Shown here piece by piece: positions 10,218 to 21,089 of a stretch of 35,002 bases of DNA (positions within the stretch are counted from its first letter, which is position 1; each line of letters begins with the position of its first letter). A program made the position numbers and the translations under genes. This DNA comes from Octopus bimaculoides. Taxonomy: Eukaryota. The stretch lies in the NCBI RefSeq assembly GCF_001194135.2, contig NC_068985.1, positions 68,720,006 to 68,755,007 on the forward strand, given 5' to 3'. The notes under the pieces were generated by a model. It worked only from the letters and a program-made list of their open reading frames with translations, was not told the origin of the DNA and did no database searches.

Positions 10218-10290
10218 CGTATATAGATGTAGATATGTGTGTGTGTGTGTCTGTCTGTGCATCTGTGTGAATATGTATGTATGTATGAAA
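9990..10290. repeat. Compound microsatellite (CT)n, (TA)n, (TCTA)n, (TG)n
   Basis: Direct reading; explains ORF 9982-10422. Confidence 0.95.
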
Positions 10291-11600
10291 TATATATTGT
10301 GTGATTTTAAAATCAATCCGTATAGAACAGCATATTTTCAATTGGATTTTTGTTATAATCATCGTGAAAGTTACAATATCATAGGTACAAGGCAATTCAG
10401 TTTCCTTCTACCAGGGCAGTAAAAAAAATCTTACAAGCAAAATAAAGACACTTCTTTCAACAAAGAAACTAACATATAAGATTCCTCACTCTAAGAACTG
10501 GATCATTGTTTACACTTGCTCATCCTGTCTCAATCCATATCGTATACCTAATCCATAAGTTAATTTTGTTTCATAAATGTCCCGGGAATGACGGAACCTT
10601 TGTGAAGCTACAATATAGTAAAACAAATTTCAAATAGAAGCACAACTAAATCGAGAAAGATAGAGAGAGAGAGGGAGATACGAAAGAGAGTGGAAGAGAA
10701 AGACAGTGACAGTGAAAGAGAAAGACAAAGACAGTAATATAGTGTGTAGAATTCGAAAGAAATTCCTAAAACTTCACAGTTTTGTAGAATATTTCGGGAA
10801 AATATTCTTTCAAGACTCAAGTAAGTATAAACAATGTGTTAATATGTAAAGCAGTTCTGTAAGAATCTAAACTTTATCTGACATACAGAATTACTTGAAA
10901 CGACATCTCAATATTGCGGAAATAATGATGTTATATCATAAAGAACCAACACAAGATTTGTACCATCTTCGTGATCACAGTTATAAAAATTTGATTACAT
11001 GTAATAGTAACATACTAAGTTATAAGGACATTTTATAAATTTGCTTGTAAAATACATTTGTGTATTTAGATGTGGGAACAGAACAAATTCTATGCAGACG
11101 TATTAACAGAAGATAATGTAATATTTATTGAATTTACCTTTATGTAGTGATATGCGTGTTGTTATATTATATGGCGTGCGAATTTGTGTGTGCTTGTTTT
11201 TATATTACGGAAACATAAGATACTCTGATTCAAGGCGTCCAAAATCGCTGGGAGAAAACGTGGGTGTTTCGTCAGACTGGGCGGCCGGGACGTTTGTGAC
11301 AAATTAAATACTGCTAAAGGATCCAAGATGTTGAGTGAAGGTGTTTAATCGGTTGCAGACTATATTTGAGTCGGTTAGCAGAAACCATCTCTTTGCCAAG
11401 TTTCTCATCATTCGATGTCTTGTAATATCACTCACAATCAATTAGTCACCCCAAGGCCACGGTAAAAAAAAAAAAAACACACATGGATTGACAAAAAGGG
11501 ATTTAAACAATGGCATTGAACGAGATCCACTATGGTCGTAATGCAAACGTCTTAAACGAAGAGCTATCATGCTAAACTGGCAGTATGACCATCCCCAAGT

Positions 11601-11635
<35 letters not shown>

Positions 11636-12312
11636 NNNNNNNNNNNNNNNNNNNNNNNNNNNNNNNNNNNNNNNNNNNNNNNNNNNNNNNNNNNNNNNNN
11701 NNNNNNNNNNNNNNNNNNNNNNNNNNNNNNNNNNNNNNNNNNNNNNNNNNNNNNNNNNNNNNNNNNNNNNNNNNNNNNNNNNNNNNNNNNNNNNNNNNNN
11801 NNNNNNNNNNNNNNNNNNNNNNNNNNNNNNNNNNNNNNNNNNNNNNNNNNNNNNNNNNNNNNNNNNNNNNNNNNNNNNNNNNNNNNNNNNNNNNNNNNNN
11901 NNNNNNNNNNNNNNNNNNNNNNNNNNNNNNNNNNNNNNNNNNNNNNNNNNNNNNNNNNNNNNNNNNNNNNNNNNNNNNNNNNNNNNNNNNNNNNNNNNNN
12001 NNNNNNNNNNNNNNNNNNNNNNNNNNNNNNNNNNNNNNNNNNNNNNNNNNNNNNNNNNNNNNNNNNNNNNNNNNNNNNNNNNNNNNNNNNNNNNNNNNNN
12101 NNNNNNNNNNNNNNNNNNNNNNNNNNNNNNNNNNNNNNNNNNNNNNNNNNNNNNNNNNNNNNNNNNNNNNNNNNNNNNNNNNNNNNNNNNNNNNNNNNNN
12201 NNNNNNNNNNNNNNNNNNNNNNNNNNNNNNNNNNNNNNNNNNNNNNNNNNNNNNNNNNNNNNNNNNNNNNNNNNNNNNNNNNNNNNNNNNNNNNNNNNNN
12301 NNNNNNNNNNNN
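11636..12312. other. Assembly gap (N) between (TA)n and (CA)n
   Basis: Run of N. Confidence 1.
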
Positions 12313-12378
<66 letters not shown>

Positions 12379-12569
12379 ACATGGCTACACACACAATTGC
12401 CACCAACAGCATTATCGACTGAAGACCCTCATCGAAATAAATCTAAGCCTCACATTATATGTGGAAAGCTCATTCGAAAGCAATCAATATAACGAGTATA
12501 CCATGTCTATGTCATCATCAGCATAATTTAAGAATTCGACATGTATAATGTTGAGCATCATTATGGCCA

Positions 12570-12574
12570 TCATC

Positions 12575-12614
<40 letters not shown>

Positions 12615-12615
12615 G
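12570..12615. repeat. (CAT)n microsatellite
   Basis: Direct reading. Confidence 0.95.
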
Positions 12616-12691
12616 TATGTGATTAAAATCATCAACATCAGCATCCTTAATTTACCGAAATTTACAACAACAAAAATAATGCTGGTGTCAT

Positions 12692-12902
12692 GGTGTCAAC
12701 ATTTGGCACAAGGGGAGCAACTCCCGAAGCAGGTAAGTCGATTACATCGACTTCAGTGCTTAAGTCGCAATTCTTTCATCCCCACGAAAGGATTAGAAGC
12801 AAAGTCGAACTCGGCGGGATTTGAATTTGAAACGTAAGGACTGACGAAAGGCCGCTAAGCATTTTGCGCTTCGTGATAACGATTCGACCAGCTTACCGCC
12901 TT
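12692..12902 (-). mobile_element. tRNA-derived SINE, second family, near full length
   Basis: GGTAAGTCGATTACATCGAC...GAAAGGATTAGAAGCAAAGTCGAACTCGGCGGGATTTGAATTTG...CCGCCTT. Reverse strand carries A-box-like and B-box-like motifs; homologous copies are adjacent. Confidence 0.8.
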
Positions 12903-12912
12903 GATAATAATA

Positions 12913-13008
12913 GTTTCAGATCCTGGCACGAACCAGTAATTTGAGTGGGAGGGGTAAGTCGATTACATTGATTCCAACACTCAAGTGGCACTTAGTTTAT
13001 CGACTAAA
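12913..13008 (-). mobile_element. Second-family SINE, 3' half only
   Basis: TGGCACGAACCAGTAATTTGAGTGGGAGGGGTAAGTCGATTACATTGA...TTTATCGAC. Confidence 0.7.
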
Positions 13009-13047
13009 ATAGAAAAAAATATCTTTTTAAATTTAGAGTAATAATAA

Positions 13048-13255
13048 TGCTTTAAAATGTTGGCACTCGATCAACAGTTTCAGGACGGTGGTGGTGGTGG
13101 TGGTGGTGGTAGTAGTAGTGGTGGCGGGGAAGTCTATTACATCGACCTCAGTACCTAACTGGTAATTATTTTAGCGAACCTAAAGGGATGAAAGGCAAAG
13201 ATGACTTCAGTGTAATTTGAACTCAGAACGTAAAACTCAGAACGAAATTCCGTTA
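13048..13255 (-). mobile_element. Second-family SINE with internal (GGT)n expansion
   Basis: AAGTCTATTACATCGACCTCAGTACCTAACTGGTAATTATTTTAGCGAACCTAAAGGGATGAAAGGCAAAG...TTTGAACTCAGAACG; (GGT)n at about 13088-13125. Confidence 0.75.
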
Positions 13256-14549
13256 ATAGATATCTTAAAGCTGCGATATATAAATTTTCATGTAAGATTT
13301 TCATTCGTCCTGTTTGCATTAGCTCGTGGGTCACAAATGCTGTTGGAATTTTCAAAATGTTTTCTATCTACACTTTTGCTTGAAAATGAAATAATTCCAA
13401 AAATACTATCGATTCAATTTGTTTTCAAACAGCTGCAACATAAACGGACCGCAGTGTTTTTGAATGATGTAAGAGTTACTTGTATATTTTTGATGCTATT
13501 TTCCAAATGACTTATTTTAATATTTAGAATATTTTCTTCTATGAATAGTTCACTGTTCTGTATATTTTTTCTCTGTTGCAGATATATTTATGTGTTTTGA
13601 TCTTGTGTCTCTTGTGCCATTGTTGATATTATGTGTATTATGACATAAAAATATATGTGGAAATACAATTTTAGACTATGCAGAGTAAACATCTTTCCTT
13701 TGTTCTCGAACCCCGTAAGGTCAAGGATAGTTTCTTTTGCGATTACATTCGTTTATATAATTAATTTCATTTAGATATGCTTGACTAAAACGCGTTTTAA
13801 ACAGAGAAAGAAAAGTATGTTTTCACTTAACACAACCAAAATGCACAAACAGCAAAAACTGACATTAATGATAATGAGAAGGAGGAGGGGTAGGAAGAGA
13901 ATTTCCATTATATGCTACCAGAATGACCGATCCATTTGATTTGACATACACCCGACTCTTTGAATGGCAACTATCAACTTTTTGTACGGCGTTGTGTCCA
14001 CTTCCATCTGTCGCAGTAGAGGAAAGAGACCGGAAAAACTCTTCTACATGCAACTGTATAGCCCAGGGCCAGTTTTGACCCATCAAAACCGAATTATGCC
14101 TTTGTCTTAATGCTGTACTTCTGTTATACTGATCCTCTGAATGGCATTTTCTCCCTCGTGTTTATTGTCATATCTCTCACTCGTGTTACGCTTTGAAGAC
14201 TTGATTACGGACAATTCTCCCCGATAGCGTTTCGGTAGAACTACGTTTTTAAAATCCACTCCATTTTCCTGCTTCACCTTTAATTTACTATCATTTTACT
14301 GAACGCTATTGATTTCCTGAATGTCTTGCTGTGATTCACCTTTCATAATTTCTTTCTTTCATAGCACACCACTACCACCATTAATTGACGATGGACAGCA
14401 TCAAATGCTACTTAATTCCCTGATTTGTTCCTCATATTTTTGTTCTTTGGGAAAACTTGCTCAGATTCACAAACTAGATTCTTACTCTTCCCATCATCTC
14501 TAGTTATATAGTGTAAATCACAAATTATTGGATTTTGGAGCGGATCACT

Positions 14550-15400
14550 CGTTCATCACTAAAACCTAAACATTCTGATCTAATTGCCCTTTTCAGATAA
14601 ACCCAGCATCAATCACTTCTTAAATAAATAGCCAATATGTAGGTTCTGTCTGTCTACTTGTTTTCTATTGATGGCGACCATAAAATCATACATTTGTGGT
14701 CTGCCTAATCAACTTGTTGAAACTGTGGTCGTCCTACACTACCCTACCTATTGGCCTTATAAATATCTTATCTAGATAAGATTTGGTTAATCTGATGCAT
14801 TTGACCGACGTTTACGTTGCTATGTCCAAGAAATCCAGTCGGATGGTGTGAGAAATTTCATCTGAGCCTGTTTAGTACGCTTTTAAAACCACTCCTCTGT
14901 AAGTTGGAACCATGTAATTCAACTGTGCGTCTATAATACCGTTCTAGTTTGGACTTGTTATAAACAGTGGAATGTTCACGAAAGCAATTATAGATAGCTG
15001 AAGAAATGTTGATGTCCTGTACCTCTGAGCATACATGTTCACTATTCTGAAGGCACCAGCTTAATAACAGTTTAATATCCTGTCTATGAAAACCTTTCGT
15101 GCAGGCCGAACTGTATATTACGTATTCGTCAACGAGTGACAACAATATGAGCTCGCTGTAAACTTCTGACGCTGACAGCTACATCAAGTGTATCTAGTAA
15201 TCTGATGCCGGTTAATAAGTTGATTTGCCTCTAAGGTAAACCCAATGTACGCTTATTTATGCTACCTACCCTGAGTAAAGCAGTCTTCGCCGGAATGGTG
15301 AAAGTGAGTTTACTTAACCTGTTTCAATGGGAAGATCGGTTGTCCAATCTTCCCTCTAGTTGAGGGAGTTTCCTCAAGCAAATATTTTTAGTCTTTGAGT
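14550..15400 (-). mobile_element. Decayed Penelope-like RT remnant
   Basis: Minus strand: GKIGQPIFP, MLSLVDEY, KLLLSWCLQNS, LHGSNL (cf. AMGSxL), LDFLDI, INRKQVDRQNLH. No YxDD seen, so a deletion is likely. Confidence 0.4.
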
Positions 15401-16533
15401 TACTGTATCACGAAAGTCCCTTTATCTTGAAAAACATTTGTTTTGAGAGGATCATGTGTTAGGCATATTGTGACATTGTACATGGAATTTCTGTATTGCA
15501 TTGAGACTGACAGTGGGTCACTGATTTTATATAGCTATGAAGTGTCTAAAGTTTTCGAACGTTAGGTGTCGTGGTTTGTTTGGTTTTGTGGTTGTTGTAG
15601 TGCTGATGGTGTCAGCAGTGGTAACAATAAAACTGCCACTGTGTGGAACCTTCTCACCCCTTGTGTCGGCTGGTCTTCGAAGTTTTCGTTTTGTGTCAGA
15701 TTTATTTATTTGGTTTTTGATTTTCTGTCGTTGCCTGACATGACCAAAAGGTCGGAGGTGTGGGGATTGTCTGTGCAGAATTGGGGATTTATTCTATTGT
15801 CGATTTTATTACTGGTGTTTCATGTTGTTGGTGTTGTTATTGCTGTTATTGCTACTTGCTGCCATTAGTTTCTATGGCTGTTGCTTTCGAGATTGCTTTT
15901 CTTTTTATTGATTTTCCTGCTCGTATTTTCTTCTTTTTGATTTTGCTAGTGTCACTGATATTGCTGTTGCTTTAATGTCTGCTGTTATTGCTGCTACTTG
16001 TGTTGTTGTTATTTTCGTTGCCCTTGGCCTTATTTTACAGACGTTCTTCAGTGATATGGTGCTGGCAGAATGCATTTGTTTGTGGCTCTTTTGGGCAGAA
16101 TCTTCTTAGATGAGTTTTGTTACTATATAGAAAGTATTTCAACTTCCACTACTGCAGTTTACCATTGAGTAGGTTTATTATGTCAGGATTGGTTTCCAAA
16201 ACTTCTGGTCGATCACTCATCCATAATTCTAAACTGAAACAAGCACCTGCTTGGATAGACTAGCATAGTGAGGAGCTCCTCATTTTTAGGAATTTTATTG
16301 AACGTGATTAACTTTCGTTTTGTAGAGAAACTTTCTTCTAAGATGCCAATTCTACTCTATCTTGTAATTGTCGATTAACTTCAAACACATTTCTATTTCG
16401 GCATTTGTCGCTTGCTCATAGTATCCATACGTACCCATATGTGTGCGCATGTAATTGTGTGTTTGTATGCACACACACATATATGTATATACATATATAT
16501 ATACATATAGATACATGGCTATGTATATCCATG

Positions 16534-16572
<39 letters not shown>

Positions 16573-16632
16573 NNNNNNNNNNNNNNNNNNNNNNNNNNNN
16601 NNNNNNNNNNNNNNNNNNNNNNNNNNNNNNNN
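16573..16632. other. Assembly gap (N) within (TA)n
   Basis: Run of N. Confidence 1.
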
Positions 16633-16673
16633 TATATATATGGGGGTGTATGTGTGTGCGTGAGTGCGTGTGT

Positions 16674-16715
<42 letters not shown>

Positions 16716-17230
16716 GAAATAATTGACACAGAAGATAGAGTGTACTGGAAACTATTAATGACAACTATCGCTTCGTCACACTCTGCACCGCTCCCTCGTG
16801 GGTGGGAAACAATATAATGAATTCCAATGCATCCCACAGTGCAGAAGTGCCTCTTCAGGCAACATAACATGGTTTCAAGTTACATAAGTGACATTTCGCT
16901 CATAGGCTTAGCTAGTTCGTGTTGGTAGTAGTCAAATCTTAAATAAGTATTTAAGACGAGACTGCTGCCAACAGGAATGTTCTGAAAAAATCGTTGTGAT
17001 AAAGAAAGTTGCCAGTATACTCTCTCTTTTCCGTGTCAATTATTTCTAATATACTCAATCTGCACTGAAGTATTCCCACGTAGATCCAGCAACGTATGTA
17101 CATATACTGTGGATGATGTTAAATAGCCATAAGAGGTGTACATGCTCTGCCGGCACACTACTAGGAACATACACAAAATATAGTTTACATGCTAAACTTT
17201 AAAATTTAAAAGTCAAATTTAATCACATCT

Positions 17231-17271
<41 letters not shown>

Positions 17272-17272
<1 letters not shown>

Positions 17273-17650
17273 GAGGCGCAATGGCCCAGTGGTTAGGGCA
17301 GCGGACTCGTGGTCGCAGGATCACGGTTTTGATTCCCATTCCGGGTGTTGTGAAAGTTTATTGAGCGAAAACACCCAAAGTTCCACGAGGCTCCGGCAGT
17401 GGGTGGTGGTGAACCCTTCTATACCCTTTCACCACAATTTTCTCTCACTCTTTTTTCCTGTTTCTGATGCACTTGTATTTCAAAAGACCAGCCTTGTCAC
17501 ACCCTGTCTCACACTGAATCTCTCCGATGACTACATTAAGGGTACACGTGTCTGTGGAGTGCTCAGCCACTTGCATGCTAAATTCACGAGCATGCTCTCT
17601 CGTTGATCGGATCAAATGAAACCCTCGTCGTCGTAACACCGGAGTTCCAC
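17272..17650 (+). mobile_element. tRNA-derived SINE, third family, near full length
   Basis: tRNA-like head GGAGGCGCAATGGCCCAGTGGTTAGGGCAGCGGACTCGTGGTCGCAGGATCACGGTTTTGATTCCC (A box TGGCCCAGTGG, degenerate B box), followed by about 310 bp of non-tRNA body with no CCA or cloverleaf end. Confidence 0.8.
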
Positions 17651-17654
17651 GAAT

Positions 17655-17685
<31 letters not shown>

Positions 17686-17709
17686 TATATATATATATAT
17701 ATATATATA

Positions 17710-17780
17710 NNNNNNNNNNNNNNNNNNNNNNNNNNNNNNNNNNNNNNNNNNNNNNNNNNNNNNNNNNNNNNNNNNNNNNN
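17710..17780. other. Assembly gap (N) within (TA)n
   Basis: Run of N. Confidence 1.
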
Positions 17781-20700
17781 ATATATCAGGGACCCCCTTC
17801 GGTAATGAATGACCATGGGGCTGCACCTATAAAGTTAACCTCCGAGGCACAAATCCGGGCAAGGGCAACGTAGTATATCGATCCGCTAGACATGTTTCGA
17901 ATCCGTTTGTCAGATTATACGGCCGTCTTGACAAGAGAGAAATCTAACAAAATGAGAGGACTATATAATAGAGTATATGTGTTGAGTGGATATACTCCAT
18001 CAACATGTCACTTTCCTTTTGAAGAAATGTGTACTTAAGCGGTTTCTCAGTTAGTTGTTGTTGTCTGTGTTTTTCTTCAGTGCTTGCTACTGCTGTTGTT
18101 GTTTTAGATCTTGTTGCTACTGTTTATATAGGTGCTCTTTCACTTTGTCTTGAATAAAATTGTAATTCTACCCATGTCAATCGAGCAGTTTTAGATCATG
18201 GGTATATAAGAGCATGCAGGTTACTTCCCTAATAGCATAGATCTATTGGTGGCAATGAGCGTCTTCTGTGCAAATCCGAATTTTATCTGCAGGTTTTAAA
18301 TACGCTGTTGTGGATTACGTTGGGTGAAATTCGTGACTGTTAGAAATAGATTTTAATAATTATCTGAGCGGTTAAGCCAAGTCTCACATCTTAGCAGAAA
18401 AAAGAATATTGTTATATCTCGAACATTTGATTGCAGATTACAGAACTATTGACTGATTGCGTAAGATATTGAACAAGCTGCCGTACAGGAAGTATTGTAA
18501 TAGTACATATTTTACGTTACAATCTCAATGCCTATGTCCTGCAAATAGCAAGAGATCGAAAGAATTCCTTATTGAATGCCCTGGGAAACGGGAACCTGTT
18601 AGAGGATTTTCACCAACGTTTTCGAGCATATACCCACTTAAATACCAGTGTTGACCAACACAGTTACGCAAAGGTTCTGGTGCTTATTTTTATTAACGTC
18701 ACATGTGACGCACAAATTTGTTAGATAGATTGTAAAGCCTGACACTCGACACTGATGAAGGCTTGGTCAAATTTTAAGTACGTCTAAATTTTACGAGTTT
18801 TGCCATTAATGCCATATGCTAACTTTTACACCAACAATTCACGATAACTTTGTGGAAGTCTCATGAAAATAGTATTTTTTTCCTATTTAGTTTTTAATTT
18901 CCCGTCTTTTGCGCTATTATATCCATTAAAACATCTTAATATTGCATTGTTCGCGTCAAATTCGAAATATAAAAGGGACATCGGTGTACTGCTTGGTATT
19001 TCTACTTGATAGTACTGATTTTCACCCTAAACTGATATAAATAAATGCACACGCATAAACACATCCACACACATATGGCATTGAAATTATCATTAAGACA
19101 GTTGTCCAAAAATTCCGATTAGTTGAACAGAACCTCTATTGGTTAAAAAGTGATAGTTTCATCCACATAGCCTATGGCAGTATACATTTCCGGTTTAGTT
19201 CTTTCTAAATAGAAACGGCTGTGCCTGTGTAATAATTGACTAAGCAAATTGAATTATTCCAAAAGGAAATTGAAAACAATCTTCTGACACATAAATCTAG
19301 ATGTCTAAACAGAAACCTTTGAAGTATTGTAGCAGAAGAATAAGACTCTATATCATCCGTGTATATTTGCATTTCTGGGATCTCATCTACATTTGTATAT
19401 TACTCCAGCTTAGTAACAGAGGATATTATTTTGGCTTCGGAATTGAAACAATCAGAAAGCTTGTTTAACGAGATTGTCATAAACATACGGAACATTTAAG
19501 ATGATTCTGTCAACAATGAATATATAATCATTCCGAGCATTTTACCGTGTATGTTAATATACTTTTGTTTTGTTATATGTATATACACCTTGAGGAATAT
19601 GAACTGTTGACACAATTCCTGATTTCCCAAACGTACAACAAAACTAAAATCCGATAATATAAAACAATAATAAAAAAGTACTTTTCCTTTCTTTCTCTTT
19701 ATTATTTTATACAGTTTTGTATTTCTTAAACGCTTTCTTGTTTAGATTTCATTGGAAGAGAAAAAGTTTTAACGTTTACTAGAAGTTGTCAAGATACTAA
19801 ATCTGAGATTTTGAAAAGAGAAAAATGCGTTATATTTTACACATTACATCGATTATTTTTCTTTGTGTCAATAATTACCTAGTTTTAGTAGTATATAAGA
19901 TATATCAACAGTCAACAGCTTTCAGGTGAGATTTAGAGACAGCCTGCTTACATAATGGTTATTGATATTAATCACAAACATATTACATTCAATTTTATTG
20001 TCGATGTTGATGCTGCCGCTGCCGTGCACCCACTTTCATACATTATTAAGCATACGTATAATCAAAGCTATTGTTGCCATCACACATTTATTTAGAAACT
20101 ATTTCACCCTTGACCCTTCCAAAGTCGTTTAAAGCGGTATGGTTCCATTGTAAGAGAAATTTCATTCACGTTAAGTGACTTTATAGTTTCATCCATTTTC
20201 AGGACTTGTATGGGGTCATGCGCCGTTGCAGCGCGTCACTGCACCAAACAATTGTCGGTACTTGCTCGGATCGCCCAGAGCAACAATGCGAGCAGTATCA
20301 CAGTCAGTCTCCATCAATGTAAATGAATCCTTATACGCCGTAAGCATGAACCATATGATCCACTAACACAAGTCATCACCCCACCCGGAGCCTTAGAGAA
20401 GACGACACTGTAAACAGGATAGAACTCGCAAAATATATACATTACCAAACATTCTGATGTGGCACTACTGAATAAAACAAGTAATATGAAACATTCCAGT
20501 TTCTGTGTATAGACGTTGGCTGGAAACGAAATCCAAACAATGATATCCTATGACCTTGCTAAGCGTACTTGCACCAAAGAAATTCAGTCGGCTGGATAGT
20601 GTCAGTCTCACCACTATAGAGCAAGAAAGGGAGGGAGGATCAGAGACCTGAAGACCCCAACTATTGCCCTCCATCTCAGTTATCAGCAGCGTCAAACACG

Positions 20701-21089
20701 CCTGACCTGCGACTCCACAACTGCACCAGCACGTCTAAGTCTTCGAAGTCGCAACTAATGTTGCTATGGGTCACACTGCCGACAAGTGAAGAGGTCAATA
20801 ACTTCGATACTCTCACCATATTTCAAGTTATGATTGTCGATTAATCAGAGTTGAGCTCTTATAGAGTTTGGCCTTATGTTATCAAGTTCATTTAGAACAT
20901 AGCCAGTCGGCTTTATTTTTCGATGTTTATAAATCCTGGGTATGATTATAAACTAAATCCGGTAGTGGGGCCCTGGGTCCTGGTTTCAAGGTTTGAGGAG
21001 TGCGGAACCACCTCTTAACTACTATTGTTCCCAGGTCTACTCTGGCCCAGGGTGATAGCTGTAAGGGTCCCAGCTATGGGTTAACTAGC

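Noticed and set aside
12692-13255. Idea that the TAA-associated SINEs are mobilised by the Dong-like element
   Set aside because: On their sense strands the SINE tails read (ATT)n while the Dong flank reads (AAT)n, and no shared 3' sequence was seen.
13582-13720. Strong splice acceptor TATATTTTTTCTCTGTTGCAG
   Set aside because: All three frames hit stops within about 60 nt and there is no convincing donor; coding exon not supported.
13900-14480. PLE-like words on the plus strand (LNGNYQ, IDFLNV)
   Set aside because: Motif spacing is wrong and matches are too short.
17272-17345. tRNA-like sequence
   Set aside because: B box is degenerate, the acceptor stem is incomplete and it continues into a SINE body; not a tRNA gene.
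17789-17865. Short GC-rich stretch that I recall as an RTE-associated repeat
   Set aside because: Based on memory only and with no second copy in the window, so not listed as a feature.
18752-18775. CTGATGA followed by AGGCTTGGTCAAA (hammerhead-like)
   Set aside because: Lacks GAAA, stem III and a cleavage triplet.
19200-19560. Minus-strand QIYTDD...LQRFL resembling a CR1/L2 RT
   Set aside because: A single weak motif with no flanking RT motifs at the right spacing.
20430-20790. IYTLPNI, MISYDL and NVAMG as a PLE RT ghost in a GC-richer patch
   Set aside because: Short matches in different frames with compressed spacing; insufficient without an HMM.
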